Under the pieces are notes generated by a model that saw only the letters and a program-made list of their open reading frames with translations, had not been told where the DNA came from and did no database searches. A stretch of 64,000 bases of DNA from Phoronis australis (lineage: Eukaryota; Animalia; Phoronida), in the NCBI GenBank assembly GCA_002633005.1, contig NMRA01000497.1:84883-148882 (forward strand), given 5' to 3'. The stretch's first letter is position 1. Every line of letters starts with the position of its first letter. The position numbers were made by a program, and so were the translations under genes. This document shows, in pieces, positions 46,022 to 60,868 of this stretch.

Positions 46022-49000
46022 ATGGCGTCTGGCGATGATGGTGAAGATAGCTATCTTCGGCCAGGAAGTTTGTCAATGTCAAGGTCGTCAATAAAACCAA
46101 AACTGGATTCCATCTTCGCTGAAGTAGAAAAGAATTTACCATCAATTGATTTTGAAGTTTCTGATGTAAGTAATTTTATCAGCATGTGTTTCTTGAAACA
46201 TTCCCATCATTAATTTGTAAGGACTTTATTTTTTCACTGAACTAATCCTGTAATGAGATTTCTTTTAGTTGTCTGCTGTGAAGTTAAGGGCTAACTTGAA
46301 TGGTAAATATACACAAGCGTGGCTCCTGTTCTAGGAGCATCACTGTGACTATCACAATGCCTTGAATTGCCCAATTGCTTAATCGCAAAGTCTGGTCAGG
46401 TCTACTTGACACCTTTTGGCCTCATTACATGATCTAATGAACATAAATCTTAGGTCACATAATGTGGCCAACAGGTGGTGTGTGGACCAGACTTATAAAC
46501 ATTTCCTATCGATATATCCACACCAGTTCATGATTTACGTATTCATGTAATTGCCTAATGTAATGAACATTCAGACGTACGTATTTGTTATGGATCACAG
46601 TGTTTGGGATTTCTGCATGATTTTTCATATTGGTAGTTTTGTTCCGAAAATTTGAAATATTGCATAGATATCCAGGTTCAGTGATGTGATGCGGGAAATC
46701 TTGAAAAACCTCCATTGTTTTAAGGGATAATATTGAAACTTATAACAACCATTGGCATATTGGACTGGTAAGAGGACACCTGTTTGAAAATCTTTGTTAT
46801 CTGTCAGTTGCAGTTAAACTGAAAAAGTTTGCTATTACTAGAGACTTAAGTCAGTATGAAATATTGTGTGCATAATAATTTGGATTTTCGAATTTCTTTA
46901 ATAAAGAGCTCTGTAGAATTAATCTCTGTCCTCTAACTATTTTTCTGTCGTAAAACCGATACTGTTCTTTAAAAATCTGTAGCCTATCGCTCTCTGTAGT
47001 ATATCTTTCCGATGGATCAACAGGTTACACAGTTATCCACTTTTTGTACCTCAGGTCAGTTCCGACGAGGAGTTCAGCATATTCCAACGTTGCCCAAGCT
47101 CAGGTGTTCCTGTTCTGACTGATGATGAAAAGGATTTAGATGAGAGTCTCAGTGACGACCACCTAATTGAACCTTTGGATGTAAGTTACAGTTATCAATA
47201 GCTCTTGTTATGTTCTGTATATTATGTTTAGTAGTTCGTATCGAGTGAGTTTTTAATCGAAATGTGAGGTTTTTATGACAACAGGCTTAAAACTAATTTT
47301 TTACCCCCATTGGTTGTTTACGTGCTCAAATTTAATGGAGAAGACTTCCGGTTTTCAAAAAGGAATTAGCCTGTTTTAAGAAAATAACACAAAGTTTGAT
47401 AACATTATTTAATATCAGTCGTGTCCAGCTCAGCAAATATTTGCAAGAATTTTTTCCTGCCGACAATAGGAAGGATAAGTATGACACCTTCAGAAGGAAT
47501 GAGGAACCAATCAAACATGTTCCCAACGGTAAAGTTTAAAAATGGTTTTCAATTGGTGAATTAGTTTTGAACACTTAAAAAATAGTTTATTTTCAGACAC
47601 TACCTTGTCAATATATTTCAATTTGCTATCCATTAATGAAATAATTGAATTTCTTAGCAAATGTCTAGTTCCTTACATTTCATCTGTTTTCCATTTTTCA
47701 CAGAAAAACGAGGGTGTAGATCTCATAAGCGTCAAACTGGATGTTGTTTTGTTTTCTGTAGTATCTAATGTTGTATTGCGGCCGTTTTTCTTTACGTTTT
47801 TCTGTTTTGTTTTTCTAAAGCATGGCGTTGTTAGAGGCACCTCAGTGAGCACTGGAACTTCACCAAGAACACCACGATTTGGTGGACCTCTCATGCATAC
47901 CTGGGTCAAAATGGAGACGCAGCCACGCCCTACTTCTGTCGACAAGGGAACGGAGATGACCTTTAACGACACGGAAAATTCGTCCGTTGGAGTCTTCACG
48001 TCCACGGAAAGCTCAGCTCAGGATGCGATGGAAACTAGAGACATTGGAATAGGAAGTAGTGATTGCGGGAGTAGTGCTAGTAGTGCTAATGGTGATACTG
48101 AGGACGTGGAAGACGTGAATAGTAACCGTAGCAACCATAACAAGGACAAGAACAGGAATAGGTGGGATGCTGGCAAGCCGGCCAATGGGAAGACAGTGGT
48201 CCGCTCGCACAATACTGAAGTGACGTACGGGAGGTTCATGCCAAGGGAAACAATATTGTCGATGGCCTCCCTTGACAATATTAACTTTGGTGAGATATAA
48301 CGCTACTTCGTTTCTCGCAACAAATTATGATTGTGATGATTTTCATTCCATCCTACTTTCATGAGTTCTATACGTATTTGATATCAGGTTGCGAGCTAGC
48401 TTGTAATTTTAGAAGAACTGCGTACTTGTCGGCGTATTTGTAGTTTGTCTGCAAAACATTTACAACAATCATGATCAAACTAGATTTTTTGATTTCTTTT
48501 GAAACAAATCATTTAAACTAGTGTCAGTATAGAAAACTCTGAAACTTGGTAATCCAGGGAAGTACCGATCATAATTCAATGGAAGTTGAATTTTTATAGA
48601 AAGTTTTAAAGTACCTAGGTGTGGAGTCTGTAGTAAGTTCTTGTTAATTTTATTTTTATTTTGTGTCTAATTTTACATTGCATGCTTGGCAATATCTTTG
48701 GGCAGAAGGGATCATTCAGATATTGAAAGATCTTATCCTGTCATTGTTAGATGATTTGAGCAGCTACGTGAGACGCGAAGAGACGAGTGCATATGATGCG
48801 GAGCCCCCGTCCCAGTCTATTTATGAAGCGGCGGGACACGTGACGGAGTCACTTGCTGAAGGTGACCAGTCGCTTATAGCAAAACTGGCCAGACTGTCCA
48901 TGCAGACAACAGGCAAAGACCTGTCCAAGGTGGACCCCCAGACTGGAGCAATACCCAAGAACAGCAGGGCAATACAGGATAACCAAATCAAAGGTATCAG

Positions 49001-52000
49001 CAGTGATTGTCTATTGTTTGAATTGACTTGTCAGTCAGTTCTAGTGCTGGCTTCACAAACATGTGACATTGACTTGTAACCCAGTCTAGCTGAAATGGAA
49101 CAGAGGTCACCATTGGGATGTTTTATGACGTAATCATATTGTATGGCTGTAGTTAGAGACTGTTCGCAATTATTGTCAACGGAAAGAAGAACATCACATG
49201 TTGTGAAGTTGTGCCATGGTCTTAAAAGCAAAATAATTAAATTTTGGGAACTTAGAAATGCAACAATCCCAGTTGTAATGCCATGGCCTTTGACTTTTTC
49301 ATACAGAATTCTATTATAAGGACAGGATTCTATAGTAATAGGCATGTTTTTTCCATTGTCAGTATGGTAATGAGTGCAAAGGTCATTTGAGATTCTCTTG
49401 ATATTGCAGATAAACTTAAAAAGAAACAGCGAGCGGCAACAGGTGTCAGCACTGTAGACCTTCCACCTATTGCAGGTAAATATTGTAATCAACTGTTCCC
49501 AGACAGTAGTATACTAGAAACTATGTTGATTTTTGTGTGCATTATTATCGATGAAGCCTTCGGGGCAGTTTCTTCATTCTGGGACAAGAAAATGCGGAAT
49601 TATTGTTTGCTATTTTTGACATTAAAGTTCATCAAGTATTTAAGTCCTTGTTAATTTTTAAGTGGCTATCACCTGCATTCTGTCACAAAATACAACTTGT
49701 CTAATGATTTCTGGGTGGTTTTCACGGACCCTAAGAAATTGAAATAGACCTCAAAAATTTTCCACGTGACCCCAGTGTTCGGAAACATGGGGAATACTGT
49801 TGTCCCCAAAATCTGCTTATGCTACATGTTGAGTCAAAGCTTCTAGTCCTTAATCAATATGCTGGCTCTGTTAGACACACTGTGCAGGACTGGGTTTGGC
49901 ATTGTTTGGGTCTGTCAAGGAGTTGGAAATGAAGAATTAATTATTGAAACAAAGGTGTGTTGACATAGATGAAGAGCAGCGACTGGATAAAATTTCACCT
50001 CTTGGAAAATTAGACACTAACTGTTTAAAAATAGACTCATTCTAGAGGAAAATTGTCTGATGTTTGGATAAAAAATATTTAGTTTCAGCTCTTGCATGTT
50101 TTAGGTGTTCAAATTTCATAAACTGAAACTGGAAACTGGTAGACACTTGGGTAGAGCTAGAGATCGACGTTTGTGCTCTGTATGTACCCACGATATTGAG
50201 GACGAAAGACGTGTTTTAATAGTCCCCTGTGTAACTATGAAGTTCTTAAGAGAAAGTTTTGATATTTGTCATAAAGTACTTTGATGGTGACCCTTTCATT
50301 TAGTCGAAGAATGCCTGCAATGTTTCAAACTTAGCTCACTTCATTCACCAAGTTTTCACCGCACAAATAATTCTTTGTATTATCTTTTAATGTTGAGTAT
50401 GCACTTGTGTTTGCTATATGTGTATGATTGTTTATAAGGGTCGGAGCCCTGAGTGCTGAAATAAACTTACTATGCGGCCACCTTTGGCGTGCTGACCAGA
50501 CTTAGAAAAATGCTTGCTATAAACTTAATAACCTGTTTCATTTTGCAGAATTTGCAGGTGGTGCCGGTGATACCAAGCAGTTACGTGATACGATATTTCT
50601 TGATTTGCGTGACAACGACAAAAATGGTGAACAGGATAGGGTCAACCAAGAGGCGGTGCGACGAATATTGAACCTGAACCAATATTCAGACGATGACAGG
50701 TATGATTTGAACTCTATGTGTCACAGAGGTACGAATGTGTGTTGCACTGTTTTAAGTGGAGTCAGCCAAACAAAGAATACACTGACTTTAGGAATGATGT
50801 TTTTGTGTCATCGTCGGTTGAGTTTCAGCATTGACAATTACGCTGTTGTTGCAGTCTGGTGCAGACTTGCCTAGTGGTCGTCAGACAAAGCCACCCTCTG
50901 ATTGTCGCATACAGAGGGCACTGTTGTCTTCATTAATAAGTAAATGTGAGAATGACTGCAAAGTTTCAAAAAAGTCGAGTCGCCCAGCGGCACTCAATAG
51001 TTATTTGTGCAATCCTTGGAAATGTTGCAGTTCTGGGAACTCGGACAGCGATGAAGAAGGGCTCTGGTTTGAAAAGCGACGGAGAATTCGCCAGTCAATT
51101 GAAAAACATGGTCACGTGAAAGTGGAGGATGTGGAACAAAAGACGAGGTATTTTTCATCAAGCGTTTTCATGGCCTTAATCAGTCATTGTGTCCCACCTC
51201 AAATAGACTGGTTGTGTGTGTTATAATTATTGATAAGTTAGTGTTCATGTTTTCAGTTTGTTTGCATTTGAGGTAATGTACTTATAAAATATAATCAGAA
51301 AAAGTGACTTGGAATTCGGCGTCATGGAGGCTTACCAAGAGCGGAGTACATTGTTGTTGTGGCTGAGTGCAAGTTGTGTGCTGTAGATACAGTGTGAAGA
51401 TTTTTCATCAACAAGCTCTCACTGTTGAATTAGTTTCTTCACCTTGGTGTGGCTTGCATTTCATGAACCTCAACTTCCGTTAATTAAAGGCCATACAAAC
51501 CCCCAATCAAAGATGTCAAAACACGCAGTCTCTCAGAAAAGAAAATGACCAGCACTCGGTCAGTAGGATCTTCATCGGTCAGCAAGGTGGAGAGTGAGGG
51601 TGATAGGCCGACAGTTGTAACAGACCAACCGAGTGAACAGTCTGAGCAGCAGGAGAGAGAAAAACAGAGGCGCCTAGAAGCAGCTAGGTACACGGGCAAT
51701 TTTGTTTGATCGTAATTTATCATGGTAAAAGATTTTTATATGAATTCATATAAACCATGGATTCATGGTATGATATGATTTAAATGCTTGATAAGAATTC
51801 GTAGGGACGATTGATATAATTTTTCATGCAAGGTTTATCGTAAGTCGTGTTAATTTCCGATGATTTGTTATTTAATTGCAGGCCAATGATAATAGTGTAA
51901 TCTCATGAGGGACAAAGTAAATATTATTCTTATTGAGGTAGTAGTTTCTATATGTGACCTGTTTTTTTGTTTACGTTAGCATAGTACATGCTCATTTATC

Positions 52001-55000
52001 ATCATCCGGATGACCAAATATCATCATCTTGATGACCATTCATTGTCTTCGTGGTAACCATTTATGGTCATCCTGGTGACCATTTAAGGTCATCCTGATG
52101 ACCATTTAAGGTCATCCTAATGGCCATTTATGGTCATCCTCATCACCATTGATAATCATCCTGATGGCCATTGTTCATCAGCCTTACATGAATTTATATC
52201 AACCAGTATACAGATGTCCTGGGGATATGCTGTTAACTTATTAATTTGTTAAATAGGTTGCTGTGTATGAATATAGCTGTAGTTGCTCTGCCGATGAACA
52301 ATGAGCGTCACTGTAAAATTTGTCGTAAATTTTTAGGAAGTTGAAGGAACAGAAGGAGCAAGAGCGCCAGTCTCGCATCAGGTTGAGTCAAAGGTTGGAT
52401 GCTCTTCGACCTAAGATGACTGTTAAAGGGAAGCAGAGCTGCGCCGAGGAAACCCCGGTATTGTTTGATTTGGTGAGCCATCGTTCCTAATTCTGTACTA
52501 ACCACAGTGCCTGTTAGTGTCCAGCAGATCAAAAAATAGATAGAATTGTTTATTAAGTGTTGTGGAGTGTTGCAAAAGTTGGTAAAGAAAATCAGAGTAT
52601 TGATTCAACAGAATTTTAACTGATTTGTTCCAAACATGACGATTTTTGATGGGGACTTGTTGCATCACATTTTTCTACTGTTGTATGTTTTTATTGGTTT
52701 GGTGGACCCAGTTTTATGAAATTCACACATTCTGCATCTATTGAGCAGTTGCTGCATACTCAAATGGCAAGGATTTTTTGTTGTTGATTGTTTAATTTGG
52801 CTATGGTTTTAGTATCCATTCCAACCATGCATTTTTCCCTCAATTATATGCCTACACTGCTGCAGGAGGCACTTGATTGATCATGTAAAATGGATTCTCA
52901 TTGGTTAGCCGAACAAAGTAGCATTGGGACATTCTAATTGGTCGTTAAGTAACATTCAAATATTTCTATTGGTTGATATTTGGGAAATGCATCAGCTTAA
53001 TGCACCGCCTATTGAGAAACGTCTTTGTGGTGTGCATTGCTGCAACTACAAGAACAGAGGGTATTGCGTGCGCTGCACATATTTTTAGAAAATTTTTCTT
53101 GCATTTTTCCTCTGGTTGTAAATTCAGTTGGTCACGTTTTCACCACACTCTTGTACTACTCAGTTAACGCGTCTTATTCCAGGAAGCATCTTACGAGCCA
53201 GCCCCCTCCCCGTTGCCACCGGCGATGTCGCTGGAACAAGAGTGTTGTCTCTTAACTATTCATTTGTCAAGTAGTGGCCAAATACTGATGCACCGACAGA
53301 CCTCTGGCAAAAGTTTAGATTCCGGTATGGTAATCTTTGTGGAAAAGTTGGTTTAAAGCTACATTTCGTCCTGGTTAAAAACCGAAAATAGAGTTTTTAC
53401 CCTTTTAATACCCCTTACCTTGTTAGGATTCCATTTCGGTTACCAAAGTTGTGGACAATGTATACCTACACCGTTTTCTTTTCTTCAAATTTATAATTAT
53501 ACGGTTGGCCAACCCAAATGAATCGTTTTCTTATTAGTTGCTGATGGTTTTGAAGTTCAGAAACAAAATCCAGTTACAATCAGGTGAACTTGAAGAGTAA
53601 AAGGCATAATTTGATTTTTATAACCAGTTAAACAAGGCAAAATGTAGCGTCAGTAACTGGTATGATTTAGCGAATACCATAATATTTTGTTTGAATATGT
53701 ATGGGGTGGTCTTTTTGATCTGCTAGTAATAATGATGTCCGCCCTTGTTGTGTTATACCCTTGGGGATAGATATAGTGTGGTGGTCAATAATCTATTGAT
53801 GCCTCCAGGGAAAACCACAAACTGAGATGGCTGCCTTACCCTTGGTTGTTCATGGTTGTTTTAAATTGGGTTCCCTTTCAGCTTTAGGGAACATTCATGT
53901 GTTACAAATAACTTAACTAAGAGTTGTTTGTAAAAACTAACTTAAGGAAAATATAAATAGTGTGTGTGTTGTGTGTGTGAAATACATGCAAGTTGGCGAT
54001 TTTCTGGGTATGCCTTGAAGTCCTCGTAATTTTCATTGGGAAAGTACAACTTTAGTAGAGTGCTGTGCACTTTCATAGCGGATTAAGCCTGCTTGTCTGC
54101 AGACTTTGTTACAAATAACGCAGCATTTTGTCGTCATACAGCCAACCATACATGTCCAATGTGATAGTAGTGTACAGTGCTATGTTTGGTTGTGAAATTG
54201 TACAAATCATTTGAGACGTACATGTTCATGGTCTGATTGAGAAGAAGAAGAGCCACAAGTCTACAGGTCAGTTTATTGAACCTATGTGTCGCGTTTTTGT
54301 GCCCATTACAAATTTGTTTTCTTTGGGTATTGTCTTCCGCGTGTGACTTTATCTGCCATTGTGTTAGAATCTGAATGCTGTACGCATTATTATTAGCTTG
54401 ACAAAATGACAAAATTTGGCGTGATTACTGAGGCTGTTTTATTGTAACAGTTGGCCGGACTTAAAGCAATCACAGTGCACCAATGAGCATTTATGCACCT
54501 CCAGTGAAAACAGTCATTCTAAGCTACCCTTTGCTTCTTGTTGAAATCACAATAATTGCTGATGTTCATTTTCCAGGCATGGGATTCCCAGGCTCGTATC
54601 CAACATTGTTGTCATGGTTACTGTCTCACGTACCAGACGATTTCTCCTTCTTACACCAGTCATCCAAGGACGGCACCAGCACCAATCCGCTGCCTTTCTA
54701 CGTTGTTGGCCTACAGCAACTGTGGTTAGACGGACAGTTAATGCTGATTGTTGCTGTAGTGCCAACTGAAAACTTTGATGCACAGGCCAAGGTGAAGAAA
54801 GGAAAGGTACTGCTGGGCAATGGAGGTGTGGATTGACGTAAAGTCAGAATCTGCGAGTCCTCAATAGTGTTGTGTTTAGTTTACACGTTCATGTTTATTG
54901 CCAATCAATTGAGATGGGTTTTAAATTTGAGGTTTTCAGGCTTTTGACGTGTTCTGTTTATTAACCCTTTGGAGTTTACGAACGTCCCTTCTACCGTGCG

Positions 55001-58000
55001 TGGTTGTCAGTTCCGCCATCAGTAGAGTTCACCATCTGACACTGAAACTGGCATGATGTATGAAGAGTTTGTAGATGTGCTAAATTTTACAAATTTAAAT
55101 GTTTTTTACTTTTTACTTCATTGGTCTTTTTTGCCAGCTTGGCATGCAGTAGAACCCTAGGCCTACTGGCTACAGAGCTGCATTTTGTCAGAAACTCTGC
55201 ATTGTTGCTTGCATATTGCTTGTTTGTATATTGGAGGATTCTTCATTCAATTTAAGGAAACAAAACAATGTCAGAATTGTTACTTTTGAATTTATTAGAT
55301 ATCCTGCATCAGTGACAGCTGCATAATTCAAGGTTCAGTAAAATTTCACCAATTAGTATGTAACGTGACTGATATTTTATTTTATTTTCTCGTTGATTCG
55401 TTAAAGTATATAACTATCTGAATTACTCCAGACCTTTTATGGTGTTAAATTCCTGTTCCATACAGAAGTTTTAACATCAGGCAATATTTTTGCAAAAATT
55501 GGTGGCTTTCGCAATGTTTTTAAAACACCTTAAAATTGACAATATATCATTTTGAATATTAATTTTCTACCAAATTTGGTGAGATATTCCCCCAAGAAAG
55601 TAAAAATTTCCTTTAATATTTTAACTTAGTTTTATTGAGGAAATTGACAAAAAATTACGCAAGATATGTTGCTAACTAGGGTTCATTTTCTGCGCTTGTA
55701 GGGTCGTGATGCTGAACTCACAACACCGTTTCAACAGATGCTGTGCAAATACTTATCTGTGAACACGCTCAGTTCTGTCTGTCCTTGGTTCAGTGCGTTT
55801 GAGCCAATCAAGGTGACCAGCAATGTCGTTCAGGTACCTGTCCAATCAAAAGCCGACGAGTCTTTCACGTACGCCGCCCCACTGCCGTCCATCACAGCCA
55901 AGCCTTTGTCCACCTTCATTCAGATCAACCCTGACAAACTGGCCGTGTCGAAGATGTTTGGCACCAATATTGGATTTTTCTGGCAAACTGTGGACTCTGA
56001 GGAAACATGCCATTACAGTGGACTCAATGATGAGCAAGTGAACTATGACACTCAGAACACTATGTCTTTGGTCTACAGAAGAATCTACCAGGATCCTCCA
56101 GCTCTAATGGGAATCTTGTCGCGTGTCTTGCAAGAAGGACTCGATCTTGCCGGCATACGGCTGCTGTATCCGACTCAAGCTTTGTTAAATACATCAGTGC
56201 CTGTTTTGCCCACTGCAGATTCTAGCTGTGACTTGTGGAATAACATAGGACCTATTCTTGCTCTGAGTGTAAGAGGGTTTCAAGCGCGAACTGTTTGGCT
56301 TGACACGGTAGGGCCAGCTGACCCTGCCCTAGCCAGGAGAACAGACCCCAATTCTTTGTCAGCCTTGTTTGGCGGAGAGTCTAAAGACAACTGCCTTTTC
56401 TTCTGTCCACGAACACCGTTGAGAACAAACGTCGAAATATGTCGCTGGTTTGGTGGCAGGGTGCCACCTAGCGGGGTTGTGGATGTCGGCGTGGCAGTAC
56501 CATCGAAACGTATTCGCCGCAGGAGTGGTAGCCCTAGTGTCAAAAAGTCAAAAAAGGTGTCATTTTTAGACGACACTCAGGAAGAAGGGTTGGTGCGCAC
56601 AGACTGCCCGCCAGCCACTCTCACGGCCATGAGTCGCAGCGACATATTCCTGACAGCATCTCCATTGTTGCCTGCTAAAGCTTTTGGCATTGTCCTCGCA
56701 ATGTGTCAAAGGAGGGGTTACCAGCTGAGAGGCATGCGCCGACTGAGACTCACCACCAGAAAGGCAACCATGTTAGGTAAGTGTAGGGAGATATTGGTAG
56801 TCAACTGAGAGCTGAAAGAAAGATGTTCAAAGATGCCTTTTAGCAGACTAAGTTTAAAAGTCAGTGGTATTTTGAACGTGTTTTGTGGTAATCATTGTTT
56901 CATTTAAGAGGACTGCTGCCGATCCATCGACTTACATCTATCAAGTATTGACCAGATTTTGACAGATGATTTACTTGACGATTTAAGGTTATCTCCAACC
57001 TTATTTAATGGCCTCCATTCTAACTCGTATATCAAAAAACCAAGCCTTGTCAACTAGTAAAAGTATATATTTTCTGAAAGAACTAAGACCAGGAAATATA
57101 AATATTATATTTTTTGTATTTATGTGCCATTATTATTTTTATGTAAAAACCTTTTTAAGTCAAAATTTCATTTTTAAGAAAGGTACATTCATAGCAAAGT
57201 AACCCCTCAGTCGATTTTAAAAACGCTGTTAAGAATTTTCGATTAGTCTGTTCGTTTGGTTTCTATGACAAATCAACTCGCAAAACGTAAGGTATTTTTG
57301 TAAAAAATTGAAGTCGTATTCGTCTTTGTCACATTACACAAAAACTAGGCCTTTATATCAAAAATCCTAACAGCGTTTTTGACATTGATGACTAAATATT
57401 GAGTTTGGAAAGTTTCAGCGAAATCCACCGAGCCGTTTTTGAGAACGTGTGTTCCTAATTTCAAATTAAGTCGATTTGCCAAAGCCGAGAAAAAGCCGCT
57501 TAATCTGGGACAAGTGAAAATCTCTAGGTTTTCAGTTAATTATTCGGTGAAAACTTGTTTTCGGTACACATAACTTATACAATCCTTAACTATGTTAGCT
57601 ATTTCAACGTTCACTCGCTGTGTCTACTGATTTTGCAGTGCGTAATTAACTTATCATTAAAACCTCAAATAGACCTATAATTCACAGCCAACTTTTACTG
57701 TTATTTACACCCTACTTTCTAAGTAGGTCAAAGTTCATAGCCTGTACACGTCACGTGCTGGGAGGCTGATACGAAACCAAGTAAGAAATGGATTACAAAA
57801 ATCGAATCGGTGGTTAAAGTATGTCGTTAGCATGAGATCGAAACATCGAAATGTCAACTCATTAATTGAATTAAGGAATTTGGGTGTGGACTTATCTCTT
57901 TTCACAACTTTCTGTGTTCATGACCACAGAGGCCTGAGGCGACTCATAGCATTCATTATCAAAGCCAATGGCCGTATGCATGTAGACGCACAACTCCCTT

Positions 58001-60826
58001 AGGATCAAAACTACGTTTTGTCTTTGTTTTCCCCGGCACCATTCTATCATAAGTACACCTCGTTGGCTCAATGTTATGGCAACTTTTTGAATGAAAGGAC
58101 TGAGGGTATAAGAAGCTGTTCTGTACCTGGCAGAAGATTCGATTTAATTGAAATCCCTTTAACCTTTGACCTTGCATAAGAAGTAAACAAATATCCACGA
58201 GGTTGTGCGGTTCCAATGTGGTTCTGCTAAATCTTTTTTTTCTCACTATGCAGTATATATTTTGTATTTGAAGTTCCCCGAGAATGAAGGTATAAAGGTA
58301 ATTTGCTAGACAGCGGTGAAATATTGTAAAATTGGCCAATTTTTGTGAATAAGGTTGGGGATAACCTTAAAACACATGGTAAAGTCTAACCAATTTGATA
58401 AGATTTTTGCCAAAATTTACCTTTTTCATTTTTCGTGAGCTTTTAACATTGTTTATAAGGACAAAATATTGTCTTATGGCAACTTAGGCACACAACTTCA
58501 TGATGATAAGACATGAATTTCATGTTGCGTTTCTTTCTCATTGAAAATGAATGAACAAAATTTCACACGTCTGCCATATTGTGTGAGTTGGTTGTACTAA
58601 TTTAAAGAAAAATGAAGCCACATCTTTAATGCGAGTGCTTTCAAATAAATGTTATTTGATTTTTTTAGGTATTTCCAGTGATGCGTTGCCTGTATTCTGT
58701 CCTGACTCGAATCAGTCGTCCTCAGTGTATGACCAACATATCGTACAGTCCAGCCAGCACCCGGCCCACCCGGCCACCATATTTCAGCTGCAGAAAGAAA
58801 ACGCCATGCACAACACCACAAGTTTAATCGAGGCGATAATGATTCAGCTGTGTTACAAAGGCATTCTGGGTAATTTTCTCTTCTCAAGTTAGTGGAAAGA
58901 ATTTGTGTCAGCAAAATGTTACGCTTTGTGTCAGTTGCGTTTGCCGTTCCTTATGTTATTCGGTTAAGCAGAGAGTATATAGTATACCTTCTCTCTTTTG
59001 TGCCATCTAGTGGTTATTCATGGAAGCTTTGCACCACTGCAATATTGAAATAACTACAAGCTTTTAGGTAAAAAGTAAAAATTAGCAGTGAAATGTGTAT
59101 TCAACCGTTTCATCCATTCGGCCCCAATCACGTCATATTGGTCACGTGATAACTTAATTGTTTTTTATGCTTTGTACTTTGCTGTAAGTATTGATCAAAG
59201 TGAACTTCCTGTTGGAACGATACGATTTTGAGCAAGTCTCGGGAATATGTAGTAGACCAGCACCATCACCCTGTATGTATATTGTTCAACAGGCGAAATG
59301 GGACTGAAAACGCACCATCCCATCACATCAGGCATCGTATTTCAAGCCAGCCCATTCACAGATGTGACCTTGAATGGACTTGGCGGGGAATTCTATAAGG
59401 TGAGCCTCTGTGGTTTCTTTTGCCTGTGCTCTCCTTTTTGAGTTGAGTTGTCGGTCGCAAATTAATCGAGGTGTTGCGTTTGAGGTGTCTGTGTGTTATT
59501 TAAAGTTTGACCAAGTCAAGTTTTTGCAACTGTTGGTTTGTGACTGACACATACCTCCTGGGTCGTCATCAGATATGATCTTACAGAAAGATTAGAAAGC
59601 AATGCAAGGTTCTTTATTTTCTTTTCGTTTCATCAGAGGAGTGTAAGCACCATAGTTTCTTAAGTGCATTGTTTTACAGATTTGTCGAATGTTCTCATGG
59701 GAATTCAGTCATTTTTTGTGTTAATCCTGGCTTAAGTAAACTCGTCTTTACGAAAGGTTTATGGTCCTGGCCGAGAAGATAATAGTTTTATTACCCCCTA
59801 TGGGTTTCGAATAGTCAAGCCAGGACGGACACTCTAATGTTCTTATTTGCACGTTCACATTGCCAGGTACCTGACCTGGATGTGTGCCCGCCACCTGGTT
59901 ACATCTCTCCACATTTTCATACCAACCCCGAGTCAGAGCAGATAGTCGTGCTGGCCATGTCAGGGCATCAGCTTATCAAGACATGTGGGTTGTTCTTGGG
60001 TAAGTGTGCACTCAATGAGACTACAACAACAGTTTTACTGTTAACGGAATTTTTGAGGTTTTGTGAAGGAGTTGCCGTGTCAACTACAGTCCAGTTCTCG
60101 AATAAATGATTTCATTATTTGGCAAATATTTATTAATTATTAAAACCTGCTTCTTCCCATTTGCTATCATTATGCGAAATACTAAGACTCAAAGTGTGCA
60201 CAAAACACGAGTCATCATCAGACTGGTTACGTAAGGTTGTCCTCAAATGGTTCTTCTCAGACTATATCATTGTATTACACCGTCTGCTAGCAGATTCAGC
60301 TTATTCTTTGTGTACCGTGTGTTTTGGACGTCTGCTTCTTTTTCAGCCAAATTGCTCAATCTTCTTCCGCACGGTAAAACGCAGCCCGTCGCAATGTCTA
60401 CTGACGGCTTTGAGCTACTGGGCATCAAATGGCTGCCGTGCCTAAATACTTCTCAGGCAAAAGAGCTGACGCCTTACGAAGTTGGTGACAAGTTGTGGAA
60501 GTCCAGTATTCATACACTCACCTCAGGTAGTGCCAGGTTAAGGATATTGCCATAGGGTCTTGATTCGTGAAAGTGTCTTAAGTCTTGAGACAGAAATTTT
60601 GTCTTACGCTTCCGCATCGGAATTGGTGCAAAAAGGTTTAGCCAAGTAATTATGAGTGCATTGCAATCAGTCTGTAACTAGTAGTTATATCGTTGTTCTC
60701 GGAGACTGCTTTTTTGCACTTAATGAGATTTAATTATTTTTCAGAAATAGTTATGTGGAGCATAAGATCAAATTTCTGATTTAGGTCATTTTTGGCAAAA
60801 GTCGTTTTTCACACACACACACACGC

Positions 60827-60868
<42 letters not shown>

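Noticed and set aside
47429-47528. Extra DNAAF8 exon (LSKYLQEFFPADNRKDKY...)
   Set aside because: It is open and has an acceptor, but the donor phase does not match the next exon, while 47180 joins 47821 in phase; unresolved without RNA data.
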